Assembly: GCA_024641205.1 (NCBI GenBank)
Contig: JAHEDM010000001.1
Location: forward strand, 1 to 27,573
Length of the DNA stretch: 27,573 bases
Direction of reading: 5' to 3'
From: Actinomycetes bacterium
GTDB lineage: Bacteria > Actinomycetota > Acidimicrobiia > Spongiisociales > UBA4744
Part shown: in pieces, positions 14,942 to 23,141 of the stretch
How the letters are laid out: each line of letters begins with the position of its first letter
Position numbering within the stretch: the stretch's first letter is position 1
Notes under the pieces: generated by a model
The model's database searches: none
What the model was told of the DNA's origin: nothing
What the model saw: only the letters and a program-made list of their open reading frames with translations
Position numbers and translations under genes: made by a program

Positions 14942-17641
14942 TTACTTATGGGTGATGGCCGATTGAGCCGCCGCCAGACGGGCGATCGGCACCCGGAAGG
15001 GCGAGCAGCTCACATAGTTCAACCCCAGGCGATGGCACAGGTCGATCGACTTCGGGTCGCCGCCGTGCTCACCACAGATACCGACCTCGAGGCCCGGGCG
15101 AGTGGCTCGACCCTCCTCCACAGCCCACTTCATGAGTCTTCCCACTCCCAGCTCGTCGATCGAAGCGAACGGGTTCTCCGTCAGGATTCCCTCCCGCAGA
15201 TAATCGATGAGGAAGCCCGACTCGGCGTCGTCCCGACTGATGCCGAAGGTTGTCTGCGTCAAGTCATTGGTGCCGAACGAGAAGAACTGGGCGTATTCGG
15301 CGATCTCGCCGGCGGTGATTGCAGCCCGGGGGATCTCGATCATGGTGCCGAATTTGTAGTCGACTTCGACACCTTGCTCCTCCATCACCACTTTGGCCTC
15401 TGCCTCCAGCACCGTCTGCTGGCGCTTGAGTTCGTTGACATGACTGGTGAGCGGAATCATCACCTCGGGGTGCACATCGACACCCTCTTTTGCGACGGTG
15501 CAGGCAGCTTCGATAATCGCCCGGACCTGCATCTTGGTCAGATCCGGCATCATGATCCCGAGCCGCACCCCGCGGGTGCCCAGCATCGGGTTGGCCTCGT
15601 GGAGCGCTTTCACCCGCCCGAGCATTACCTCGGTCTCGTTCAACTCTCCGGCGACGTCTTCGCCCGCGGCGGCCTTGATCCGCAGGTCGGCCAGCTCAGC
15701 GGTCAGATCCTCGAATGCAGGAAGGAACTCGTGCAGCGGCGGATCGATGAGCCGAATGATGACGGGCAGCCCGTCCATGGCCCGGAACAAACCGGCGAAA
15801 TCTTCCCGCTGCAGAGGCAGCAGCGTGTCGAGCGCCCGGCGCCGCTCCTCGTCCGACTCGGTCGTGATCATCTTCTGCACGACCGGTATGCGCTCGGGTT
15901 CAAAGAACATATGCTCGGTCCGGCACAGACCGATACCCTCCGCCCCGTTCTGACGGGCGCGCTGGGCATCGAGCGGATAGTCGGCGTTGGCCCAGACTCC
16001 CAGGGTCCGAAACTCGTCGGCCCAGCCCAGCAGTTTGCTGAGCCAGGGATCCGAAAGATCGGGAACCACAGTATCGAGGGCTCCGAGGAACACCTCACCG
16101 ATAGTCCCGTCGATCGAAATCCAGTCACCTTCCTTGATGACCTTGCCGTCCACCGTCATCTGCCGGTTGACCATGTCGATGTCGAGGGCGGCCACACCGA
16201 CCACAGCCGGCTTACCAAACTGGCGAGCAACCAGGGCGGCATGGCTCGTCCGGCCACCGAGCTTGGTGAGGATGCCCTGGGCGGCCAGCATCCCATGCAC
16301 GTCGTCCGGTTTCGTCTCCGGCCGAACCATGATGACTTTCTTGCCGTCGTCCTTCGCCCACCTCTCGGCGAGGTCGGCATCAAAGGCAACAACGCCGACG
16401 GCGGCACCCGGGGACACGTTCAGCCCTACGGCGACTTGTGATCCCGACTCAACGGCTGCCTTCTTGGCTTCCACCGAAAACTGGGGGTGCAGGAAAAAGT
16501 CAACCTGGTCCGGGGTCACCTTCATGACAGCTTGCTCTTTGGTGATCAAGCCCTCGTCGGCTAGATCTACGGCGATGCGGACTGCAGCCTGAGCGGTGCG
16601 TTTTCCGTCGCGAGTCTGGAGAATCCACAGCTTGCCGCGCTCGACGGTGAACTCCATGTCCTGCATCTCGCGGTAGTGGTTCTCGAGGTTCTTGGCGATG
16701 GTCCGGAACTCACCGTAGAGCTCCGGCATCTCGACGGCCATGTCATCCATTGCCTTGGTTGGACGTGTGCCTGCCACCACATCCTCACCCTGGGCGTTGA
16801 TGAGAAAGTCGCCTTCGATGTGGTCGGCACCGGTGGTTGCGTCCCTGGTCATGGCGACGCCGGTCGCCGAGTCCATGCCCATGTTGCCGAACACCATCGT
16901 CTGGATGTTCACGGCCGTGCCCAGGTCGTGGGCGATCTTGGCAGCGTTTCGATAATCGAAGGCTCGCTTTCCATTCCACGATTTGAAGACGGCCTCGGTA
17001 GCCAACCTGAGCTGATCGATCGGTTCCTGCGGGAAGTCGGAAGCCAAGCTCTTGAACCGTTCAACCACTTCCTTCAATGCCGCGGGTGGAAGAACTGCGT
17101 CGTTGTCGACGCCGTATTTCTTTCGATACTCGGAAAGCACCTCTTCGAATGGCTCGGTTTCGAGTCCAAGCACCACCGTTCCGAACATCTGCACGAGGCG
17201 GCGGTATGAGTCGTACACAAACCGTTCGTCTCCGATGAGCTTCACCATCCCGACCGCGACCTCATCATTGAGACCGATATTGAGCACCGTGTCCATCATC
17301 CCCGGCATCGAGAACTTGGCGCCGGATCGGCACGAAACCAGGAGCGGATTCGATGCATCGCCGAAGGTCTTCCCGGTTTGCTCCTCAACATGCTGGAGAG
17401 CAGAGAGCGTCTGCTCCCACATGTCGGCAGGGAACTGCTCCCCGACTTCGAGGTAGGCGTTGCAGGCTTCGGTGGTCACCGTGAACCCGGGCGGGACCGG
17501 CACCCCGACTCTGGTCATCTCGGCGAGGTTAGCTCCTTTGCCTCCCATCAGCCCGCGGACCCCATCCCACGAGCCACCCACATACGCTTCGGCGTCCTCG
17601 ACCTCGTCAAAACCATAAACCCACTTACGCTCATTACCCAT
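14942..17641 (-). CDS. ppdK: Pyruvate, phosphate dikinase, 899 aa
   Basis: GGKGANLAEM, LLVSCRSGAKFSMPGMMDTVLN, phospho-His GGRTSHAA, GIGLCRTEHMF, FSFGTNDLTQ, ICGEHGG, YVSCSPFRVPIARLAAAQ. Start ATG 17641 behind SD GAGAGG. Confidence 0.97.
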   Translation of the reverse strand: MGNERKWVYGFDEVEDAEAYVGGSWDGVRGLMGGKGANLAEMTRVGVPVPPGFTVTTEACNAYLEVGEQFPADMWEQTLSALQHVEEQTGKTFGDASNPLLVSCRSGAKFSMPGMMDTVLNIGLNDEVAVGMVKLIGDERFVYDSYRRLVQMFGTVVLGLETEPFEEVLSEYRKKYGVDNDAVLPPAALKEVVERFKSLASDFPQEPIDQLRLATEAVFKSWNGKRAFDYRNAAKIAHDLGTAVNIQTMVFGNMGMDSATGVAMTRDATTGADHIEGDFLINAQGEDVVAGTRPTKAMDDMAVEMPELYGEFRTIAKNLENHYREMQDMEFTVERGKLWILQTRDGKRTAQAAVRIAVDLADEGLITKEQAVMKVTPDQVDFFLHPQFSVEAKKAAVESGSQVAVGLNVSPGAAVGVVAFDADLAERWAKDDGKKVIMVRPETKPDDVHGMLAAQGILTKLGGRTSHAALVARQFGKPAVVGVAALDIDMVNRQMTVDGKVIKEGDWISIDGTIGEVFLGALDTVVPDLSDPWLSKLLGWADEFRTLGVWANADYPLDAQRARQNGAEGIGLCRTEHMFFEPERIPVVQKMITTESDEERRRALDTLLPLQREDFAGLFRAMDGLPVIIRLIDPPLHEFLPAFEDLTAELADLRIKAAAGEDVAGELNETEVMLGRVKALHEANPMLGTRGVRLGIMMPDLTKMQVRAIIEAACTVAKEGVDVHPEVMIPLTSHVNELKRQQTVLEAEAKVVMEEQGVEVDYKFGTMIEIPRAAITAGEIAEYAQFFSFGTNDLTQTTFGISRDDAESGFLIDYLREGILTENPFASIDELGVGRLMKWAVEEGRATRPGLEVGICGEHGGDPKSIDLCHRLGLNYVSCSPFRVPIARLAAAQSAITHK

Positions 17642-17759
17642 CGTCAAGGCCTCTCTTTGTGAAACATGCATGGTGGGACCGCACAGGCGAGGTAGAACCA
17701 AACTGACCGATCCGCTACCGCACCGGAATATGACAACCAGGCAAGGCCGTCAGAATCCG

Positions 17760-17779
17760 TTGCGAATTCACAATGTTAA
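17760..17779 (-). promoter_or_regulatory. Putative ppdK -10 element (TAACAT) with an overlapping near-palindromic operator TTGTGAATTCGCAA
   Basis: A 14-bp palindrome with one mismatched pair at 17760-17773, directly downstream of the TANNNT hexamer at 17774-17779. Confidence 0.4.
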
Positions 17780-17803
17780 CTGGCCGGACGTGGATGGCGT
17801 TCG

Positions 17804-18421
17804 TCAGCTGCTCTCGAGGCCGGGACGAGCGGCTCTGGCCAGCTCAGCAAGAGCACGGGCAGGCGGCCAGGAATCCAACCCGGCAACGAAAGAATCCACG
17901 TCGAGTACACCGTGGGTGAGGCCTGCCGATACCGGATCCATCGGAACTCCGGACTTCTCAAGCACTCTCAGCATCGGCCGGTTGTCGGCCAGCACGTCAA
18001 AGTGGAAACGGCGCAGGTCGTTGACTCGGCCGGCAATGGCCAATCCTCGAAGAAGCACCTGACCTATCCCGATTCCCTGGTACTCGTCCAAAACCGTGAA
18101 GGCAGTATCGGCTGCTCCTGGATCGCCGGACAAGCGAACATATCGAGCCACGCCCGCCCCATCCCATCCATCCTCATGCGCCACCTCCACCCCCCAGGCG
18201 AAATGATTGCGGGAATCGATCTCACTGAAGTAGGTCAGCTCGTTGGGGGTGAGACGAGGAGTCGGAGTCATGAATCGCCGGTACCGGCTCTCCCCGGATA
18301 GCCGCTCGAACCCTACGGCCAGCTTGTCTCGATCGGCGGCGCCGAGCGGGCGCAACGAAATCACCATGCCATTCGGCAACGTGAACTCGACCGGTGTTAG
18401 TTGAGAGAGGTCGGAAATCAT
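17804..18421 (-). CDS. GNAT-family N-acetyltransferase (stand-alone Pat-like GNAT domain)
   Basis: LRPLGAADRDKL...LSGESRYRRF, GVARYVR, acetyl-CoA motif FTVLDEYQGIGIG, VLADNRPML. Alternative start TTG 18442. Confidence 0.88.
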   Translation of the reverse strand: MISDLSQLTPVEFTLPNGMVISLRPLGAADRDKLAVGFERLSGESRYRRFMTPTPRLTPNELTYFSEIDSRNHFAWGVEVAHEDGWDGAGVARYVRLSGDPGAADTAFTVLDEYQGIGIGQVLLRGLAIAGRVNDLRRFHFDVLADNRPMLRVLEKSGVPMDPVSAGLTHGVLDVDSFVAGLDSWPPARALAELARAARPGLESS

Positions 18422-18561
18422 ACAATCATCCTGTGCTTGCAATTGTTAGCATACTGCATGATCGAGTTTGCGCGGCTTCGCAGGAGAACAGCTCAGGAGA
18501 GAATCCTTGAACAGGGACCGACAGCATCGATTGTCACCCGTGACCGTTAGCATCGCCGATC

Positions 18562-19071
18562 GTGAACATCGAAGTCGTTCGAAGCCCCCGACGCAGGAAG
18601 ACCGTGCAAGCTCGCATGATCGGGAACGTCCTGCGAGTCGCCATTCCCGCCGCCATGAGCAAGTCGGAAGAACTCCACTGGGTAGCCCTGATGAAATCGA
18701 AGTTCGAACTGCGGGCTGCCGCTGAGCCGGTCGAGCTGGCCAGTCGGGCCCGCCGCCTGGCCCGGATCTACAACCTCCCGGCTCCGGACTCGATTCGGTG
18801 GGTCCACAATCAGCAGACCCGGTGGGGCTCATGCACACCCGAGGATCGGACCATCCGGATCTCCAGTCGCGTGGCAGGGTTCCCCGCCTGGGTACTCGAC
18901 TATCTGATCGTCCATGAGCTGGCCCACCTGCGCGAGCCGGGACACGGAAAGGCATTTCGGGAGCTGGTCGAACGCTACCCCCGGGCAGAGCGCGCCACCG
19001 GATTCTTGATCGCCATGGGAAGAGAATGGAACGAGAACGGGCATCTCGATGTTGAAGCTGGAAACCCATAA
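18562..19071 (+). CDS. M48/YgjP (DUF45)-family metallo-domain protein
   Basis: EVVRSPRRRKTV, QQTRWGSCT, LDYLIVHELAHL (HExxH), HGKAF. Confidence 0.9.
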   Translation: MNIEVVRSPRRRKTVQARMIGNVLRVAIPAAMSKSEELHWVALMKSKFELRAAAEPVELASRARRLARIYNLPAPDSIRWVHNQQTRWGSCTPEDRTIRISSRVAGFPAWVLDYLIVHELAHLREPGHGKAFRELVERYPRAERATGFLIAMGREWNENGHLDVEAGNP

Positions 19072-19074
19072 GGA

Positions 19075-19494
19075 GTGACCGTGACACCCGAAATCCCTGC
19101 AGACCAGCTTCCGACCACCGAAGAGGAATGGCGCATGCGCTTGACGCCCGAGCAATTCGCAGTGACCCGCCAAGGAGCAACCGAGCCACCCTTCTCGGGC
19201 GGTTACGTCCATACCAAGGAAGACGGGACCTTCCGGTGTGTCGCGTGCGGGGCCGAACTCTTCTCCTCTGAGACCAAGTACGAATCAGGTTCCGGCTGGC
19301 CCAGCTTCTGGGAGCCAACGGCCGACGAGCGAGTGAAGACGGTCGTCGATACCAGCCATGGCATGGTCAGGACCGAGGTTCGCTGCGCACGATGCGACTC
19401 CCATCTCGGGCATGTCTTCGAAGATGGCCCTCAACCGACCGGCTTGCGCTACTGCATCAATTCCGCCGCACTCAATCTCGAATCCTCGGACTGA
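19075..19494 (+). CDS. msrB: Peptide methionine (R)-sulfoxide reductase
   Basis: TEPPFSG, CVACG and CARCD zinc pairs, [28 protein letters not shown]. Confidence 0.96.
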   Translation: MTVTPEIPADQLPTTEEEWRMRLTPEQFAVTRQGATEPPFSGGYVHTKEDGTFRCVACGAELFSSETKYESGSGWPSFWEPTADERVKTVVDTSHGMVRTEVRCARCDSHLGHVFEDGPQPTGLRYCINSAALNLESSD

Positions 19495-19503
19495 ACCAAG
19501 CAA

Positions 19504-19523
19504 CGCCGGATCCGAATCCGGCG
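19504..19523 (+). terminator. GC-rich hairpin after msrB
   Basis: CGCCGGAT-CCGA-ATCCGGCG, a perfect 8-bp stem 10 nt after the stop; no U-tract. Confidence 0.5.
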
Positions 19524-19563
19524 CGGTCCGGGTGTGCGGGGACGAAGGCACCCGGCTCTGACC

Positions 19564-19569
19564 TACAAT
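19564..19569 (+). promoter_or_regulatory. -10 element TACAAT of a leaderless parA-like transcript
   Basis: TACAAT lies 6 nt upstream of ATG 19576 and there is no SD. Confidence 0.6.
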
Positions 19570-19575
19570 CGCTTC

Positions 19576-20328
19576 ATGACCCGGGTGATCGCCGTCGCCA
19601 ACCAGAAGGGCGGGGTGGCCAAGACCACCACCGTCCAGTCTTTGGGGTCGGCATTCGCTGAACTGGGCCGCAAGGTCTTGCTCGTCGATCTCGATCCGCA
19701 AGCTTGCCTCACCTACTCAATGGGGGTCGACTCGGAGACTCTCGAACGTTCCATCCACGATGTGATGCTCGGCCGGACTACGGCCGCAAAGGCCATAGTC
19801 GAAGCCGGAGACCTTGACCTGCTCCCCTCGACGATCGACCTGGCCGGAGCCGAGATTCATCTCCTGACCAAGACCGGGCGCGAGTACGTGCTCTCCAAAG
19901 CCTTGCGGCCGGTCATCAGCACCTACGACGTGGTCATGATCGACTGTCCCCCGTCGCTCGGAATCCTCACTATCAACGGTCTCACCGCCGTTCGCGAGGT
20001 GCTCATTCCCCTCCAACCCGAGACGCTCAGCCACCGGGGGGTCGGTCAACTGCTGGAAACCATCGATGACGTCCGCACCTATACCAACAGCAAGATCATG
20101 GTGCTGGGCGTGGTTGCCACCATGTTCGACTCGCGTACGCGCCTTGCCCATGAGGTGGTGGAAGACATCCCGCACCGGTACGGCATCAACGTCCTCGACC
20201 CTCCTATTCCCAAAACGGTCCGGGTCGCAGAAGCTCCAGGCCGCGGCATGTCTGTACTGCAGCACGCTCGCCGGTCCAAGGCCGCAGAGGCCTACCGTGC
20301 ACTGGCCAAAACGCTGGAGAACCTGTGA
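19576..20328 (+). CDS. ParA/Soj-family ATPase, orphan, 250 aa
   Basis: Deviant Walker A NQKGGVAKTTT, VDLDPQ, Walker B MIDCPPSLG, PKTVRVAEAPG..Y. The KGGVAKT variant recalls mycobacterial Rv3213c. Confidence 0.93.
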   Translation: MTRVIAVANQKGGVAKTTTVQSLGSAFAELGRKVLLVDLDPQACLTYSMGVDSETLERSIHDVMLGRTTAAKAIVEAGDLDLLPSTIDLAGAEIHLLTKTGREYVLSKALRPVISTYDVVMIDCPPSLGILTINGLTAVREVLIPLQPETLSHRGVGQLLETIDDVRTYTNSKIMVLGVVATMFDSRTRLAHEVVEDIPHRYGINVLDPPIPKTVRVAEAPGRGMSVLQHARRSKAAEAYRALAKTLENL

Positions 20329-20621
20329 ATACCCACGATCCGCAAGGCAAACGCGCCCTGTTCAATCACGCGTCAACCTCCTCGGTCAAAGCAGATATTG
20401 GGCCGGGCCGTCAAGCCCTGTTTTCAACGGCTAGGCCGCGTCTCGGGACCGTTGTCGTCGAATGCTCATCGTGTGGTGAGCACAAGCGAATCCGGATCGG
20501 CGAAGCCACCGCCCGGATACTCCGAGTGAGCGTGTGGGTGCCATTCGTCAGATACAACCGTTGGATGCGGTGCCCATCCTGCGAGCGGCGCTCCTGGTGC
20601 CGGGTGGGCTGGTTCGATTGA
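20325..20621 (+). CDS. Small hypothetical protein with two CxxC pairs (putative Zn ribbon), 98 aa
   Basis: CSSC and CPSC plus a fifth Cys; GTGA overlap with the ParA stop; SD GGAGA. Confidence 0.72.
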   Translation: MNTHDPQGKRALFNHASTSSVKADIGPGRQALFSTARPRLGTVVVECSSCGEHKRIRIGEATARILRVSVWVPFVRYNRWMRCPSCERRSWCRVGWFD

Positions 20622-20684
20622 CACACCGCGCAATGACTCCCTAACTCGTTCGCGATCAGACGTAGGAGAGGATACGATTAACTC

Positions 20685-21224
20685 ATGAGCGCAGCTCAAG
20701 GCGGTCGAGAGAACTCGCCCGTGCGGGAAAGCCAGATAGACGTCTCGATCGACGCCGATCAAGGTGATGTCACGATCACCCTCGATCGTACGCACAGCAT
20801 GCTGGCAGCGGTCCGCGACGCCCATCGGGTTCCTCCCCCGCCCCTGGCCGAGGACGACCCCCGCCACGAGGTTTTCGAGAGGGAGCTTCGCATGCTCCTT
20901 CGCATGGCCAGAAAGGATTCTGGGCATACCGAGGATGACCTCCTCGCCAGGCGCAACGAGTTGCTAGACCGCATTGACACTGCCGACGACCTCGAGCCTT
21001 TGTTCGATGAGATGATCGATTCGGTGCTGGCCGCCAGAACCGTTGATGCGTGCGTCGAAACGCGTTTTCATATCCGCCTGCTCGCGGCGGTCATGTCCGT
21101 CTACCGGCCCGACATCTACACAAGCGGAGCGCTTGAGATTGGTCAGCACTTCTACGGCCGCGCCGAGCGTCGATTGGTAACCGAGGGCGCCATCACCGAT
21201 CACGACCTGCAGCGGGCGGTGTAG
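20685..21224 (+). CDS. Hypothetical protein, 179 aa
   Basis: SD AGGAGAGG upstream, GC3-rich codons, fills the gap between neighbouring genes; no motif recognised. Confidence 0.68.
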   Translation: MSAAQGGRENSPVRESQIDVSIDADQGDVTITLDRTHSMLAAVRDAHRVPPPPLAEDDPRHEVFERELRMLLRMARKDSGHTEDDLLARRNELLDRIDTADDLEPLFDEMIDSVLAARTVDACVETRFHIRLLAAVMSVYRPDIYTSGALEIGQHFYGRAERRLVTEGAITDHDLQRAV

Positions 21225-21228
21225 CCCC

Positions 21229-21250
21229 GGCCCGCCCCGCCCACCGGGCC
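21229..21250 (+). terminator. Hairpin with a C-rich loop after the hypothetical gene
   Basis: GGCCCG-CCCCGCCCAC-CGGGCC, 4 nt after the TAG. Confidence 0.35.
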
Positions 21251-21356
21251 GTCCGCCGGTACGCTGGGATCTTCAAGATTCCAAAGACGCCAAGGCCACC
21301 CCGGTGAGCGCCCGACCGTCACCTTTGCCGCATAGCACTCAGAAGAAGTTCCGACC

Positions 21357-22232
21357 GTGAAGAAGCGAAACATTGAAGCACTACCGGATGTGGATCTCCG
21401 ATTGACCCTGGGGAGCGGAAGAACCGATGCCGCCGGACGGCGAGGGTGGTGGGCGACCCGCACCCCGAACGGTTCGGCAACCGTCCTCATCGAGCGTGAA
21501 GGAACGGCGATCGCCGCAACCGCCTGGGGCGACGGGGCAGAGTGGATTCTCGATCAGACGCCCCGGCTGCTCGGCTTCGACGACCACCCTGAGGACTTCG
21601 TACCGACCGATCGCGTGCTTCGCGATCTGAAGGAACGAAAGCGTGGACTTCGCATCGGTAGATCCGACCGGGTTTTCGAATCCATCGTTCCGGCGATTCT
21701 CGGCCAGAAGGTTGCGACGAAAGAAGCTCATCGAAATGGACGGGCGTTGATCCGAACGTTCTCGGAACCAGCCCCCGGACCTCTCGACCTCACGTTACCG
21801 GTTGCTTCCGGGGTCCTCGCCGAGGTTACCTACTGGCAGATGCACGAACTCGGAATCGAGCGCAGGCGAGCCGACCTACTGCGCTTCGTGGCGAAGCGTT
21901 CCGGAAGACTCGAGGAGATTGCCGGCATGACCAGAGATGAGGCCTTCGCCCGGCTGACCGCCTTCCCGGGAATCGGTCCCTGGACGGCGGCCCTGGTCAT
22001 GGGTTCGGCCCTGGGGGACCCAGATGCCGTGCCCGTAGGCGATTACCACCTCCCCAACACGGTGGCGTGGGCGCTGGCCGGTGAACCACGCGCCGACGAC
22101 CGGCGTATGCTCGAACTGCTCGAACCGTACCGGGGACACCGCGGGCGAGTGATCCGCCTGCTCAAAGCAGGTGGCATCCACGCCCCGAAGTACGGACCGA
22201 AGACGGCCATTCGTTCGATCTCGCAAATCTGA
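21357..22232 (+). CDS. HhH-GPD DNA glycosylase (AlkA-like, 3-methyladenine glycosylase 2 family)
   Basis: ILGQKV, helix-hairpin-helix LTAFPGIGPWTA, AVPVGDYHLP (catalytic Asp), LLEPYRGHRGR. Confidence 0.92.
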   Translation: MKKRNIEALPDVDLRLTLGSGRTDAAGRRGWWATRTPNGSATVLIEREGTAIAATAWGDGAEWILDQTPRLLGFDDHPEDFVPTDRVLRDLKERKRGLRIGRSDRVFESIVPAILGQKVATKEAHRNGRALIRTFSEPAPGPLDLTLPVASGVLAEVTYWQMHELGIERRRADLLRFVAKRSGRLEEIAGMTRDEAFARLTAFPGIGPWTAALVMGSALGDPDAVPVGDYHLPNTVAWALAGEPRADDRRMLELLEPYRGHRGRVIRLLKAGGIHAPKYGPKTAIRSISQI

Positions 22233-22269
22233 ACGGCCTCCCCGGTTCGCGCGCCATACTGGGGAAGGC

Positions 22270-23097
22270 ATGACGCAACGATTTGAACCATCGCAGCTCC
22301 GAACCGAGCAGAGTTCCGGGGGGATTGATCACCTGCCCGGCGAGGAGCCGATACCGGCCGACCAGGCCGACCAGATCTTGCGGCGAGCCATCGCTCTACA
22401 GACCGATGAGTCGACCCACAGCGTTGAACCCATCAACCGCGACCGGCTCATTCGCATGGCGCGTGAACTGCATGTTGAACCCGATTTCCTCCTCAGAGCC
22501 CTAGCCGAGCACCAGGCCGGTGTGTCGCTCGACGACCGCCTGGATACCGTATGGCAGCAGGTGCTGGCCCCGGACAAAGTCATGGCCACCCGCATCGTCA
22601 GAGGTACCAACAGCCGGGTGGAAGCCGCGGCGGAGCGGTGGTTTCGCAATCATGAGGGACTCCGTCCCCGCCGCCACTACGGAGACGGCATCCTCTGGGA
22701 GAAGGATTCCCATCCCATCACGTCCATCCGCATGGGACTGAAGCTCGGTCAGGGTACGGGAGCCTTGCGCAATACCCGCGGAGTTACCCACCGGGTCAGG
22801 GAGGTCAAGTCGGGCGAGCAACTGGTTTCCATCGAAGCCAACACCGCCGGCCTGCGCAAAACCGGCCAAACCCTACTCGCCACCGGCGCCGTTGCCACCG
22901 CGGGAGCAGTCGGGATAGGGTCGGTTGCCTTCGGAGGCCCGCTCGAGCCTGCCACGATCGCCCTGGCCATCTCAACCCTGACGGTCTTCACCGCCTCAAC
23001 CATCTTCGGCGTACGGATGGCACTCAACCGGCTCACGCGCGGTATCAACCGCGCCCTCGATGCAATCGGCGACGCCTTCATCCCGCCGCGGCGGTGA
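22270..23097 (+). CDS. Hypothetical membrane protein with two C-terminal hydrophobic segments, 275 aa
   Basis: ATG 22270 after GGGGAAGG. N-terminal helical QILRRAIALQ...RMARELHVEP...RALAE segment; C-terminal LLATGAVATAGAVGIG and IALAISTLTVFTASTIFGV. Confidence 0.78.
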   Translation: MTQRFEPSQLRTEQSSGGIDHLPGEEPIPADQADQILRRAIALQTDESTHSVEPINRDRLIRMARELHVEPDFLLRALAEHQAGVSLDDRLDTVWQQVLAPDKVMATRIVRGTNSRVEAAAERWFRNHEGLRPRRHYGDGILWEKDSHPITSIRMGLKLGQGTGALRNTRGVTHRVREVKSGEQLVSIEANTAGLRKTGQTLLATGAVATAGAVGIGSVAFGGPLEPATIALAISTLTVFTASTIFGVRMALNRLTRGINRALDAIGDAFIPPRR

Positions 23098-23141
23098 CCG
23101 GGACGCCGGTAGGCTCACGTAATCACGAGCCGGGAGAGGAC

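Noticed and set aside
14897-16441. 514-aa plus-strand ORF
   Set aside because: Antisense to ppdK, with no recognisable domain.
18446-19318. 290-aa minus-strand ORF
   Set aside because: Antisense to the M48 gene and msrB; Arg/Pro/Ser-rich shadow composition.
19576-20328. ParA as evidence for a plasmid, prophage or origin region
   Set aside because: No parB, rep, integrase or dnaA, and housekeeping neighbours; best read as an orphan chromosomal ParA.
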